Shown: positions 27,649 through 38,316 of the stretch, piece by piece | Layout of the letters: every line of letters starts with the position of its first letter | Position numbering within the stretch: position 1 is the first letter of the stretch | Assembly (NCBI GenBank): GCA_963693055.1 | Contig: OY843751.1 | Span: forward strand, 3,584,001 to 3,648,000 | Reading direction: 5' to 3' | DNA: 64,000 nt | Source: a bacterium | GTDB taxonomy: Bacteria; Zhuqueibacterota; Zhuqueibacteria; Residuimicrobiales; Krinioviventaceae | Notes under the pieces: generated by a model | Told to the model about the DNA's origin: nothing | Database searches by the model: none | Seen by the model: the letters and a program-made list of their open reading frames with translations, nothing else | Made by a program: the position numbers and the translations under genes

Positions 27649-30171
27649 CTATTTATATGCTGGCTGTAACGTTTTAAAAACTTTCAGGGATACCGGACCC
27701 TCTGACGGCCACTTGCCATCAGGCATTGGGATGGTTACCAAAGATTCGGGATCCAACACAACATGTTTGATCCGTTCGCGGTGCCAGGTATATACAATAT
27801 GTACCAATCCGTCACGGGATTGGATGACTGACGGATACGAAAACTGCTTGCCATAGTCGTCAAGATAATCAAGGATCATGGCAGCTTCCCAGTTGATGCC
27901 GTCACGACTTGTTGCAACATTTAATATTCCGCGGCCCTTGCGTCCCATACCCGGCTGGGTACGTGTTGAATGGTTATAAACGAGCAGTTGCCGACCATCT
28001 TTTAACGTTACACCATCCAATCCTGAATTGTTGTTAGGCATGCCCAACGTATCCAGGGGTGTCCAGGTAAGCCCCTTATCCTCTGACCAGCTTTCACCGA
28101 TAAAACCATGTTTTGAACTGGTCCGACAAAGTAACTGAATGCGCCCATCAGGATAGGTTAAAAGCGTTGGCTGAATAGCTCCAAATCCATCCTTTGGTAG
28201 AATGGGTCCAATAAAGGTCCAGGATTTGCCATTATCTGTACTGCGCTCAACATGCACACGCCACCCGTTTTCATCTTCAATACTTGAAGGGGACAAGATG
28301 GTACCATCCGCAAGCTGAATGGGTTTATTCTTGACCGCACCAATAAAATCATTACCCACTTTTTGGGGTTTGCTCCAGGTATGGCCGCCATCGCTCGAGG
28401 TCTTGACTCGCCCCATAAATTCTGTTTCAGGTATAAAGACTTTGTAAAAAAGCAAGAGATCCCCGCCTTGAGGTTGAAACAATACAGGATTCCCGGTAGC
28501 CATACGTTCGCCACCTTCATCTCCATCGGCTACACTTACGGGAGCAGACCATGCACCTCCGGGAGCTTTACGAGACATCCAGATTTCAACATCAGGATTC
28601 CCCTCCCCTGATCCTGCAAAATACACACACAACAGCTCACCGTTTTCCAGTTCCAGTATTGATGAGGAATGACAGGATCGGAACGGTCGCGAGTCTCCAA
28701 AAACAAATTCTTCTAATTGCAATCCCGCGCGTTCGGTCAAATTTATATAATCAATAAATATTGCCGGATCCGTATTATTGAGATACTCTTCAAGGTTGGT
28801 ATATCCATCTCCATCCTTGTCCATTTTACCATCAGACGCATCATGGGGATCAAAGCCCATTTCCTTTTCCCAAGAATCCGGCATACCATCCTGGTCCGTA
28901 TCGATCGGTGCGGAAGCGGAAACAAGCTCAGGCCAGCCGCCGACATCATTCTGGCTTGTGATGATCTTGCCGGTGCGGTTTTTGACAGATGTGACAATAC
29001 GTATGTCCACAGCATCCCGTTTTGGCAGAATTGCCCCGCCACTCTGCAAAACGCGTTTATATGCTTCAGGTGCTTCCAAATGTTTTACAGGGCCGGTTTC
29101 AAAAGGTTGATCTTTTTTATAATTGCAAATATCATTATCAGACCAGGATTCCCGCCATCTCAGCAAACTCCATTGGTCCTCAACGAGTTGACCATCATAA
29201 TAATTTTCGGCAAAATAAGAACGGTTATAAGGTGAACCGGTGGAATAAGCAATACCATTATTTGCTGAATTTATACCGGGTATGAGATAATTGCCCACAT
29301 AATTCAAACGTGTAATGCTTATTGCGTCATTGCTATAACCCGCATAATCACCGCCCCAGTTATAGATTACATTGTTTCTGAAATCAAGCAAAAATCCATC
29401 AGAGTCTTTAAAATAAGGATTATCATCATAATTACCCGGACGCGGATTACGACCGCGGTTGTGCGCGTAAAGGTTGTAAAGATAGCTGAATTTTGCACCA
29501 CCTGAACCGCGGATCAGGGAACCAAATCCGTGATTATCGGGATTTAAACCCTCGGTAATGAAACACCATTGAACGGTGATTCGGGTCATATTGGGATAAT
29601 GGGTCGAGGCAGATAACGCTTCATCCAGGCTCCAGCTTGCGGAACAGTGATCAATGATAATGTCCCATCCTTTGGAAACACTGATAGCATCTTTACCCTG
29701 AAGACCGCCGACGCCATGCATGGAATCGCCCAATCGACAACGGATGTAACGAATAATCACATCATGTGTAGCTACATCAAGGGTTTCACCTTTAATACAT
29801 ATTCCATCGCCCGGCGCTGTTTGTCCGGCAATGGTGATGTAAGGATTTTCAATATCAAGCTTACTTTTGATCTCAATGATACCCGAGATATCAAATACAA
29901 CCGTACGGCGGCCTTTTTGCTCTACTGCCCATCTCAGGCTTCCGGGTCCATCATCATTAAGGTTGGTAACATGTAGAACTTTGCCACCGCGTCCGCCTTT
30001 GGCATATGCGCCAAAACCTTCAGCACCAGGAAAAGCCGGAATTTCTTTCACTTCTGCCAACAAGCTTGATGTTATTAGTAAAAAAGAAACAGTACACAAC
30101 ATACTCAATCGTATCAAAATATTCTTTTTCAAAATCCCATCTCCCAAAAAGTTAATTACAACTTTTCTCAT
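27649..30171 (-). CDS. Fusion: PL1 pectate lyase + C-terminal BNR/GH33-like (sialidase-fold) hydrolase
   Basis: PL1 part: AFPGAEGFG, GGRGG, VTNLNDDGPGSLR, IIDHCSASWSLDE, RNPR, DGDGYTNLEEYLN. BNR part: CHSSSILEL, Asp boxes SSDGGHTWS / STDNGKSWT / SEDKGLTWT, and FSYPSVIQ. Confidence 0.85.
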   Translation of the reverse strand: MRKVVINFLGDGILKKNILIRLSMLCTVSFLLITSSLLAEVKEIPAFPGAEGFGAYAKGGRGGKVLHVTNLNDDGPGSLRWAVEQKGRRTVVFDISGIIEIKSKLDIENPYITIAGQTAPGDGICIKGETLDVATHDVIIRYIRCRLGDSMHGVGGLQGKDAISVSKGWDIIIDHCSASWSLDEALSASTHYPNMTRITVQWCFITEGLNPDNHGFGSLIRGSGGAKFSYLYNLYAHNRGRNPRPGNYDDNPYFKDSDGFLLDFRNNVIYNWGGDYAGYSNDAISITRLNYVGNYLIPGINSANNGIAYSTGSPYNRSYFAENYYDGQLVEDQWSLLRWRESWSDNDICNYKKDQPFETGPVKHLEAPEAYKRVLQSGGAILPKRDAVDIRIVTSVKNRTGKIITSQNDVGGWPELVSASAPIDTDQDGMPDSWEKEMGFDPHDASDGKMDKDGDGYTNLEEYLNNTDPAIFIDYINLTERAGLQLEEFVFGDSRPFRSCHSSSILELENGELLCVYFAGSGEGNPDVEIWMSRKAPGGAWSAPVSVADGDEGGERMATGNPVLFQPQGGDLLLFYKVFIPETEFMGRVKTSSDGGHTWSKPQKVGNDFIGAVKNKPIQLADGTILSPSSIEDENGWRVHVERSTDNGKSWTFIGPILPKDGFGAIQPTLLTYPDGRIQLLCRTSSKHGFIGESWSEDKGLTWTPLDTLGMPNNNSGLDGVTLKDGRQLLVYNHSTRTQPGMGRKGRGILNVATSRDGINWEAAMILDYLDDYGKQFSYPSVIQSRDGLVHIVYTWHRERIKHVVLDPESLVTIPMPDGKWPSEGPVSLKVFKTLQPAYK

Positions 30172-31460
30172 TTAGGTTCCAGACAACGGTTTATACGGGC
30201 CTCAAAATCATCGAGAAACGCTTTGCGCCATTGATTCACCGTAACAGCTCCATAGTGGGCACCCTCTTTAAATTCAGGCTCAAGCCTATCGGTCCACCAG
30301 TGCGTATGGGCTACTGCTTTGTCATATTTGGGCAAACTATTCTCTGCAACAGCAGTAAAAACACCTTTTCCGCCATCCAGCTCAGATATATCGCTCTTGA
30401 TTTGATAATTCCAAACACCAACAGCCTTTGGCGCAAAACGGAGTATATACTTGCCGTTTCCATAATAATAACCCTGAAAATCCTGTTTTGCAATAGTAAA
30501 AGTAAATTGCGGTTCATCGTTCGCAGGACCTATATCCGGTCCATCCAAAACAATCTCAATTATACCAAAAACTTCAACTTTGTCGTTTTTGTTTGTGTGT
30601 CCGTAAAAAACCGATTTTGGACGATAATCGGTTTTGGTATAACTCCCTCCCCAGCTTTCATCAGAGGGATCATCAGGATTCCCATGCAGCAGCCATGCAA
30701 CACTGGGAGTGTCTCCCATCTTGATACTGCCGCCATAATAGTTTCCAAAAGCAGTACCCAAAGCTCCATGACCGTCAATATTTTGCTTGAAAAACTCTAG
30801 GTTATCATAGCTACCATCCATTATTCCACCGTTGAACCAGCCACGATACGTGGAATTACTCTCAATCATCCATAAATCGGGGAAATTCTCTTCAATATAA
30901 TTGTATGCATCCGCACCCCACTTTTTATTGGGACCACCGATATAATAAATTCGTATCTTTTCCTGAATGCTCGGGTCATCATGCAATGCCTGTGCAACAT
31001 CCTCCAACAGCCCCCATACCAATATGTTCAGGGGACGTGGATCGTCCTTGTGCGTACATTTAATAATCCAGTCCGAGCCTTCTGTTGCGTCCCGGTAACC
31101 TTTGCCGGGTGCGCGATCAATTGCGCCCTGTTTGCACACAGCACGTAACACATCAGGATCAGGATAATTCTCTGACCATGTTTTTAAATTGTCATAATCT
31201 TTTTCATACAGATCAATGATATCAAAAATATCCTCTTTTGTACCCGCACCCCAAGGAGAAGCAATCAGTCCTTCGGTATCAAACACATCGGCATAAAGCA
31301 AATAATGGATCATGGATTGAAAATCATCAGGATCGCTGCCACCGATATCACTACTCACAATTACCCGGTATCGCTCACCAGTTAACGCTCCACTATGAGA
31401 TTGTGAAAATCCCAGAACAGGCAAAAAAATTATCGCCACTATTAAAATTATTCTTTTCAC
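30168..31460 (-). CDS. DUF1593 nucleoside-hydrolase-like secreted protein
   Basis: RVIVSSDIGGSDPDDFQSMIH, WGLLED and KMGDTPS; GTG start with signal peptide. Confidence 0.78.
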   Translation of the reverse strand: MKRIILIVAIIFLPVLGFSQSHSGALTGERYRVIVSSDIGGSDPDDFQSMIHYLLYADVFDTEGLIASPWGAGTKEDIFDIIDLYEKDYDNLKTWSENYPDPDVLRAVCKQGAIDRAPGKGYRDATEGSDWIIKCTHKDDPRPLNILVWGLLEDVAQALHDDPSIQEKIRIYYIGGPNKKWGADAYNYIEENFPDLWMIESNSTYRGWFNGGIMDGSYDNLEFFKQNIDGHGALGTAFGNYYGGSIKMGDTPSVAWLLHGNPDDPSDESWGGSYTKTDYRPKSVFYGHTNKNDKVEVFGIIEIVLDGPDIGPANDEPQFTFTIAKQDFQGYYYGNGKYILRFAPKAVGVWNYQIKSDISELDGGKGVFTAVAENSLPKYDKAVAHTHWWTDRLEPEFKEGAHYGAVTVNQWRKAFLDDFEARINRCLEPK

Positions 31461-31567
31461 GGATTTGCTCCTTATTCAAGTCTATACATGTACAAGACAA
31501 AATAAATAATAATAATTAAAGAATAATTAAAACCACTTTTCAGGCCAAGCAAACACATTCCTTTATA

Positions 31568-33247
31568 TTATCTTTTTAAAATAGCTGTAGGCCTGGCTCC
31601 ATTTTCAAAAACAATCTGATTTTTCTCTAATTCAGAATTCAGTATTTCAATATCTTTGGTTTTGTTTCCAACCAATTTGATAAAAACATTGTCATTATTC
31701 ACAACTTTGGGTGAATCAATGGATACATTTATACTATTTGCAATAGTCAATGCCGGACCGGTTACAGGTTCAATACATACATTCTTTAACTGGATTCCAT
31801 CCGCATCTACGCACATTAATCCTTTATCTGCGGAAATATTGACATTATCCAGGTGTATGCCCCGTATTGGCATTTCCGGCAATCCCTGCAGCAAAACGGC
31901 ACGGCCCGCTCCACGACAGGTAACATCACTCAACCAGATATTACGGAATTGTGGAGTCTCTTCCGAAACAGGTACCGCAGGAGCGCCCTCATTCCCACCG
32001 GTAATATCTTTAGGTGCATTATTGTTATAATACATATTGAACCGGATAGCATCGGTTGGGATGTTGATCATGTCAATATTTTTACACCAAATGTTCTCAA
32101 CAACACCACCTCTACCGCGAGTGCTTTTAAAGCGCAAACCCACATCTGTTCCAATAAATGTACAATCAGAAATATAAATATCTTTAACGCCGCCAGACAT
32201 CTCACTGCCAATGGTAAATCCGCCATGCCCATGATAGACAATACAGTTGGTTATGATCATTTTTTCGCTGGCAATACCACGTTCACGTCCGGCTTTATCC
32301 TTGCCGGATTTTAAACAAATTGCGTCGTCTCCAACATCAAAGCTGGAATTATAAAGATATACATTTTTACAGGATTCGAGATCAAGTCCGTCACCGTTTT
32401 GCGAGAACCATGGATTACGAACGGTAATATTGCGAATGGTAATATTCTCACACACCATGGGATGGATGTTCCAACCGGGAGAATTCTGAAAAACCGGGCC
32501 ATCCAACAGCAAATTCTTGCAATTGATAAAGCTGACCATTACCGGACGGAGATACTGTTTTGCTTCAGCAAAAGCTTCCAAAGGCGAATTGGGATCAGCG
32601 GCGAGTTTACGTACAATATTTCTTCCGTCACGCGCTGCTTTTGTAGGCCACCACTGTTCACCGGAAGGTTCCAGAGCCCCACCCGATTCCAGCAATTCGT
32701 TCCAACGGTTTTCTGTCATTTTCATTTTCTTAACCGGCCGCCAGGCTTGCCCGTTTCCATCAAACACACCTTGTCCGGTTATGGCGATATTTTCAAGATC
32801 AACAGCCATTATGGGAGATGTACAGCGAATAATCCGTCCTCCCTGGTATGGACGCTCCAGCAGGGGATAATCCTCAAATTCAGGACTGAATAACACCAAA
32901 GCACCATCCTCTACATGCAGATTGATATTACTCAAGAGATGGATGGGGCCGGTCAGCCAAATACCTCTCGGAATAACAACGGTTCCCCCACCTTGTTCCG
33001 CACAGGCTTTTATGGCTGAATTGATGGCTATTGTGTTCAATACTTTGCCGCCAGGTACTGCATCAAAATCAAGAATATTGACCTGTCTATCAAAAAACTG
33101 CGGAACTTGAAATACATCTATTTCAAAAGGAACATCGATTGCCTGAATCGGAGTTTCAGCCAAACCTTGCAAAGCGAATGCAAACAACAAGAGCATAACC
33201 AAACATAAGAAATATTGTTTCTTTATAACAGTCAATTGGATTTTCAT
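31568..33247 (-). CDS. GH28 polygalacturonase
   Basis: NGDGLD, VGDDAICLKSG, GHGG and RFKSTRGRGG motifs; signal peptide. Confidence 0.93.
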   Translation of the reverse strand: MKIQLTVIKKQYFLCLVMLLLFAFALQGLAETPIQAIDVPFEIDVFQVPQFFDRQVNILDFDAVPGGKVLNTIAINSAIKACAEQGGGTVVIPRGIWLTGPIHLLSNINLHVEDGALVLFSPEFEDYPLLERPYQGGRIIRCTSPIMAVDLENIAITGQGVFDGNGQAWRPVKKMKMTENRWNELLESGGALEPSGEQWWPTKAARDGRNIVRKLAADPNSPLEAFAEAKQYLRPVMVSFINCKNLLLDGPVFQNSPGWNIHPMVCENITIRNITVRNPWFSQNGDGLDLESCKNVYLYNSSFDVGDDAICLKSGKDKAGRERGIASEKMIITNCIVYHGHGGFTIGSEMSGGVKDIYISDCTFIGTDVGLRFKSTRGRGGVVENIWCKNIDMINIPTDAIRFNMYYNNNAPKDITGGNEGAPAVPVSEETPQFRNIWLSDVTCRGAGRAVLLQGLPEMPIRGIHLDNVNISADKGLMCVDADGIQLKNVCIEPVTGPALTIANSINVSIDSPKVVNNDNVFIKLVGNKTKDIEILNSELEKNQIVFENGARPTAILKR

Positions 33248-33261
33248 ATCAAAATCTCCTG

Positions 33262-34863
33262 TTATTGCTCCAATACAGCATCTGCGTTAACATCAGACGC
33301 AATTTCGACCGGATTTTTAGAATATCTAAAATTATTACCACCTAGTGTTATGTCCCGGGTATTTTCTCCGGATATTTTCAAATAGGTTTCTGTTCCCGGT
33401 AATGTAGAATTTCCATAAAAATAAGCATTTTTCACATCACTCAACTCTATAACCGGTGTGTCCTTGTGTGGTGCCAATGTTTTAACGCCATTGATCTCTA
33501 AATTCTCAGTCTGTTCGGCAAAAACAGCGGGACCATTCTCTGTATTTACCTGTACATGATGGAATTCTATGTCCTGCGCGTCTTTGATGCTAAAGCCGAT
33601 TTCGGCATCGATATTGATATCATTAAAGGTAATACCCTGAATGGGCATTTCTTTCAGTCCCAACAAATACCCCGCTTGTTTGGCTTGCGCTGTGATATTG
33701 CTGAAATGCATGTTTCTAAAAATGGGTGTACGTTCCGAAACCGGTTCGTCAGGAGTTTCATGGTAAAACATGTTTAGCTTGATCGCTTCCATGCGGATAT
33801 TTTTCATAATCACATTGCTTACACGAATATCCTCAACCGTGCCACCGCGACCGCGCATGGATTTAATGCGGATGCCCCTGTCCGTGCCATCAAAAACACA
33901 GTTGGATATGGTGATCTTTTTTACTCCACCCGACATTTCACTGCCTATAACCACACCACCATGCCCGGAAAGCATGGTACAGTTGGTAATGGTATAATCT
34001 TCGGCAGGAACACCTTTTAAACGTCCCGGTTTATCGCGACCGGATTTGATAGTAATACAGTCATCTCCCACGCTGATATGACAATTTGAAATATGTACAT
34101 ATTTACAGGATGATGGATTGATCCCGTCGGTATTGGGAGAGATGGGATTATTGATAGTTACACCAGTTACCGTTACATTTTCACAAAATTCAGGATTAAT
34201 GGTCCAAAAGGGTGAATTGGTAATGGTGATACCTTCAATCAGAATATTCTTGCAATATATGGGCTGAATGAACGGTGGACGCAAAAATCCGCGGTCCAGG
34301 CCTTCAGACGCATCCGGTTTTACAATATTCTTATTCATTTCTACAAACATATTTTGCCATTTACTGCGTGATTTGGGGCCATCTTTGACATATTTTTTAT
34401 TGGCTTCATACATGAATGCCCACCACTTTTTTCCCTGACCGTCAATGGTGCCCCGTCCACGTATCGCAATATTTTCAACTTTGTACCCGTAAAACAAGGG
34501 TGAGAAATTGGTCACATCAATCCCCTCCCAACGGGACTCTACCATAGGCAGGTAATCATCAAAATCATCACTGAATTTCAGTACTGCACCAGCATCAATA
34601 TAAATGGTAATGTTACTTTTAAAATGAATGGGGCCAGTCAGGTACACGCCCGCGGGGAAATAAATGGTACCACCGCCAGTCTGGGAAGCATCATCTATTG
34701 CTTTTTTTACCAAATCAGTAATCTTGGCAGAACCATCATTGGCTGCACCATAATCCAGTATATTATAAAAAGTAGAATGTTCGCCACCAAACGCCAAAGT
34801 TGAGAAATATAATATAAAAACAAACAAAATCTTTTTCATTGTATCTCCGATATCAGTATTCAC
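33262..34863 (-). CDS. GH28 polygalacturonase (second paralogue)
   Basis: PNTDG, VGDDCITIKSG, GHGG and RIKSMRGRGG; likely start at MKKILFV. Confidence 0.93.
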   Translation of the reverse strand: MNTDIGDTMKKILFVFILYFSTLAFGGEHSTFYNILDYGAANDGSAKITDLVKKAIDDASQTGGGTIYFPAGVYLTGPIHFKSNITIYIDAGAVLKFSDDFDDYLPMVESRWEGIDVTNFSPLFYGYKVENIAIRGRGTIDGQGKKWWAFMYEANKKYVKDGPKSRSKWQNMFVEMNKNIVKPDASEGLDRGFLRPPFIQPIYCKNILIEGITITNSPFWTINPEFCENVTVTGVTINNPISPNTDGINPSSCKYVHISNCHISVGDDCITIKSGRDKPGRLKGVPAEDYTITNCTMLSGHGGVVIGSEMSGGVKKITISNCVFDGTDRGIRIKSMRGRGGTVEDIRVSNVIMKNIRMEAIKLNMFYHETPDEPVSERTPIFRNMHFSNITAQAKQAGYLLGLKEMPIQGITFNDINIDAEIGFSIKDAQDIEFHHVQVNTENGPAVFAEQTENLEINGVKTLAPHKDTPVIELSDVKNAYFYGNSTLPGTETYLKISGENTRDITLGGNNFRYSKNPVEIASDVNADAVLEQ

Positions 34864-34871
34864 AAGTAAAA

Positions 34872-37001
34872 TTAAGGAAGTGGATTAATTCCTTCCCATT
34901 TTACTTTCCAGCTCCCATCCTGAGGAAATCCGGGGGCATTTACATCTGGTGCATCATCCCATCCTGCGGCCATCAATGCAGTTGCAGAAAGCAAAGAACA
35001 GTTGACCGGCAGATATGCGGGACAGTTTTTAGGTTCTTTGGGACGTCTTACATGTCCATTGGGTAAATAGCGAGCACGTTCATGAGTATTGCATAAAATA
35101 TCAACCGCTACATCTGTTTCGCCCAGCCTTGCCGCGGTCATGGCCATTTTACCGGATGTCCAGCTTACAAAGGCATCAATTCCCTGTATCTCTTTGAGCG
35201 TGTCAAATGTATTTTTCATTATGGCTTTATCTACACGTTCGGTCTTGGGTAGAAATCCCAATGCCATCACCATAGATGAGGATAATCCCTTGCGGTTGTC
35301 TTTAAAAATATCTGGATTGGTTTCAATATCCAGATACAAACTATCTTGAATAGGAAGCAGGGATAACTTTTTATAAACATCATCCCATTGGGGATCAGCT
35401 TCCAAGCCTAAACGTTCACGCCATTGTCTGGCAACAGATAATCCGTAATACCAATAAGCCAATTCAAATGTTGGATTTTTTGTATTATTTTCGCCATGAT
35501 CTTCTGAAACACTTTTAATGGGCGGCCCCAATGTATATCGTTTTTCATTTTCATTGTAAAACGCATAGGTTGCCAGATAATCAGCAGATTCAAAAACCAG
35601 GTTTTTATATTTCTCCAACGTCTCTTTGTCCTGCCTAACCCGATAAATCAGTTCAGACAAATATATCACATTCGGCTGGTTCCAAATGATAAAAGGATTA
35701 ATATTACCGGGACTGGGCTGTCCATGCGGACCAGTCATCTTGGGCCAGCGTGCACCTTTAATGCCCTGTTTTTCAGCAAGATCTTTGGCAACAGGCAAAA
35801 TGGATTGGTACCAGGCTAAACTTTTTTCAACCACATCTATATGGCCCCACTGAATAAAATGGGCCATATGCCACCAATACATTTCCGTATTGTGTTTGCC
35901 ATACCAGCTAATATGCGTCAAACCGGTTTCCTGGGGAGGAAACGTACTAGCATAATTGACCCGTAACAGATATTGTGACAAAACAATGCGGCGCTCTAGC
36001 TCCATAGCCCGGGGCTCTGTGCTTTCTGAAAGATCTATTGCCCCACCGGTCGTCCAGTATTCCTGCCAGGCATTTGCACTGGCGTCAAGGGTTTCTTTAA
36101 ATTCAGATAAAGGTGTTGTTTGTTCTTCAGCGGTAAAATCACAATCAAATTCCAGCACATCACCATCCACAGGAATTGAAAACCGATGCTTGCTGTCAGT
36201 TATAATAGATTTTTCATTGTTCCAACTTAAACGCGCGTAATAAACATCATCATCCAGAATGCGCTTGAACAGAACACCATCTGATAATTCATTCACCTTT
36301 GTGGAATGGAGTTCAGGATGGTCCCAGTCAATGGGGGGTTTATTTTTTATATTCTGGTCATAGTCAAAGGGGAAATGTATAAATGGTGTTAATTTGCCAC
36401 TTTTTAAAAGTGAAGATTCTATACGGACCGCTATCATATCCCTATCCGGGTGACAAACCGTTTCTACTGTTACAGGGCTTCCCTCCAGTTCAAAATGACT
36501 GGTAATGCAGCCTGTCCACAAATCCAATGTTTGATCAATTGCAGTCAGGTCTGTATAGGTTGCAATACTGCCATCCGCTTTTAAAAGCTTCATCCCTATA
36601 CGCCCCATGGGAATTCGGTGAGGATTTTTACGAAAATATTGCCCCGCCGGACTCTTTTCTTTACGCGCATATTGAAGCACGCGCCATTGAAATTCATAGG
36701 GTTCGGATGCATCTTCCAGGGCATAATTGTCTATATTGGGAGTCGTATGCCACGCCCAACTGGACATGGTTTCAAGGGGGATGCCCTCATTATAATAATA
36801 ATCCGTAAAGGACTGCAAACCGGTTACATCTACCGTAAATGCAAACTCTCCATTACCCACAGTAAATGGAGATAAAGGATCTACTTTATTAATTTCAGGA
36901 TTGTGACGGTGTACAAGTGCATATCGATCTATAGGTTTATTACAAGCTGCAAAAAATACCAATAATAGGGCTAAAAGTAAAAGTTTTTTCTTCATAATCA
37001 A
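34872..37001 (-). CDS. (alpha/alpha)6 glycosidase, GH95/GH65-like (candidate BT1010-like alpha-L-galactosidase), lipoprotein
   Basis: Lipobox AAC; IDRYALVHRHNP, TVGNGEFAFTVDVTGLQ, ELERRIVLSQY, PPQETGL, GARWPKM and NPTFELAYW. Confidence 0.65.
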   Translation of the reverse strand: MIMKKKLLLLALLLVFFAACNKPIDRYALVHRHNPEINKVDPLSPFTVGNGEFAFTVDVTGLQSFTDYYYNEGIPLETMSSWAWHTTPNIDNYALEDASEPYEFQWRVLQYARKEKSPAGQYFRKNPHRIPMGRIGMKLLKADGSIATYTDLTAIDQTLDLWTGCITSHFELEGSPVTVETVCHPDRDMIAVRIESSLLKSGKLTPFIHFPFDYDQNIKNKPPIDWDHPELHSTKVNELSDGVLFKRILDDDVYYARLSWNNEKSIITDSKHRFSIPVDGDVLEFDCDFTAEEQTTPLSEFKETLDASANAWQEYWTTGGAIDLSESTEPRAMELERRIVLSQYLLRVNYASTFPPQETGLTHISWYGKHNTEMYWWHMAHFIQWGHIDVVEKSLAWYQSILPVAKDLAEKQGIKGARWPKMTGPHGQPSPGNINPFIIWNQPNVIYLSELIYRVRQDKETLEKYKNLVFESADYLATYAFYNENEKRYTLGPPIKSVSEDHGENNTKNPTFELAYWYYGLSVARQWRERLGLEADPQWDDVYKKLSLLPIQDSLYLDIETNPDIFKDNRKGLSSSMVMALGFLPKTERVDKAIMKNTFDTLKEIQGIDAFVSWTSGKMAMTAARLGETDVAVDILCNTHERARYLPNGHVRRPKEPKNCPAYLPVNCSLLSATALMAAGWDDAPDVNAPGFPQDGSWKVKWEGINPLP

Positions 37002-37023
37002 CCTTGGTAAATCAGGGTGAGCA

Positions 37024-38073
37024 TCAAATTCGGTTTAACAGATTATCAACAATATTAGGATCAACAATAAAGACATGACCATGTTTGGCGCCTTTCGGGA
37101 AATTCAACTTTTCCGAAATATCCTGCCAATTTTTCAAATCTGTTGATACAACTGCACCGTAATAAGGTTGGCTGCCATGGTGATCATAATACACAAACAC
37201 AGAATCACTTTTTTGAATAGCACAAGGGCCTTCGTTTTGCCAATTACCTGGTCCGGGACCTTTACCTGTAATGGTCTCTGAAATATTCGTATAGGGTCCA
37301 TAAGGGCTGATGCTCTCTGCCATGCGAATATTCTGGAAACCAGGATGGTAATCCACAGCATCATTACCACGTTCATCTTTAAAAAAAAGACAATATTTAT
37401 CATCAGATTTCAGGATGAAAGCATCAATACAGCTATGTCCGGGATTAAAAAGCACCTGCGGTTCTGAAAAGGATTGAAAATCACGGGTTGTAACGTACCA
37501 GATACGATGATTTCTTGTAGTAGTGGGATCATCATCCCGAGGAAAGGTATTGTCAGACAAGGTTGTAGACCAGTAAACAATCCACTGCGATTGTTGATTA
37601 TCATAAAACAGTTTTGGGGCCCAGCAATTTTCAGCCGGTTTTTCTTTCATTACCGGAATCAATTTCTCATCTGTCCAATGAATCAAATCTGTAGAATGGG
37701 CATACCCAATATCTTTACGGTCCCAGCCGCTTGTCCAAATGAGATGAAAACCTGCATTTTGAGGATCAGGAGCAACAAACGCATCACGCATGATTTTAAA
37801 AGAATGGTCTTGATTTTTAATTTCGGTGCCAACAGAAGGTTCAAATATAACACCCGGTATCTCTTGCCAATTGTACAAATCTGTACTGTATTCAAGCTTT
37901 AATCCGCCAATACCGTTAGGTTCTCTAAAATTAGAGTGCAAATATACTTTATCATCAGATGACGTATTCGACTCTTTGCTGTTAACACATGCAAGAGATA
38001 AAATAAACAATAAAACCAAAATCCGGATTAATAAAACTCTTTTCATTTCCTCAACCTCTTGAGAATAAAACAT
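37024..38073 (-). CDS. GH43-like five-bladed propeller glycosidase (candidate GH43_18 alpha-L-arabinofuranosidase), lipoprotein
   Basis: MRDAF, HLIWTSGW, NCWAPKLFYD, CIDAFI, FFKDE and EGP motifs; lipobox LAC. Confidence 0.75.
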   Translation of the reverse strand: MFYSQEVEEMKRVLLIRILVLLFILSLACVNSKESNTSSDDKVYLHSNFREPNGIGGLKLEYSTDLYNWQEIPGVIFEPSVGTEIKNQDHSFKIMRDAFVAPDPQNAGFHLIWTSGWDRKDIGYAHSTDLIHWTDEKLIPVMKEKPAENCWAPKLFYDNQQSQWIVYWSTTLSDNTFPRDDDPTTTRNHRIWYVTTRDFQSFSEPQVLFNPGHSCIDAFILKSDDKYCLFFKDERGNDAVDYHPGFQNIRMAESISPYGPYTNISETITGKGPGPGNWQNEGPCAIQKSDSVFVYYDHHGSQPYYGAVVSTDLKNWQDISEKLNFPKGAKHGHVFIVDPNIVDNLLNRI

Positions 38074-38258
38074 GATTACAATTTTCCGGGAATTTCGAAT
38101 ATTATTTTACAATTGAATTGTCTTTTCTTCCAATATATCTCAAACTCGTATATGACAGATTCATCGTCTGATCAAGGGGCATTAATATAATATATTCTTC
38201 ATGATATGAAAAGCAACCGCAAAATAACTTGATTCGTTAAACATTACAATTTAGATAT

Positions 38259-38305
38259 AAAAAAGCGCCGGAATAAGCAGGCATATTTCATTATTATTCC
38301 GGCGC
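38259..38305 (-). terminator. Intrinsic terminator after the PorV-like gene
   Basis: GCGCCGGAATAA (38265-38276) / TTATTCCGGCGC (38294-38305), followed by a T6 run on the minus strand. Confidence 0.8.
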
Positions 38306-38316
38306 CGTGTTACGTA

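Noticed and set aside
27649-28720. Sialic acid utilisation (sialidase + SiaT-like SSS + NanA-like aldolase)
   Set aside because: The BNR domain lacks FRIP, no nanE/nanK/nagA genes are present, and the context is entirely pectin.
31500-31530. AAT-rich short tandem run between DUF1593 and GH28
   Set aside because: Low-complexity AT-rich spacer; possibly an internal promoter, but no supportable motif.
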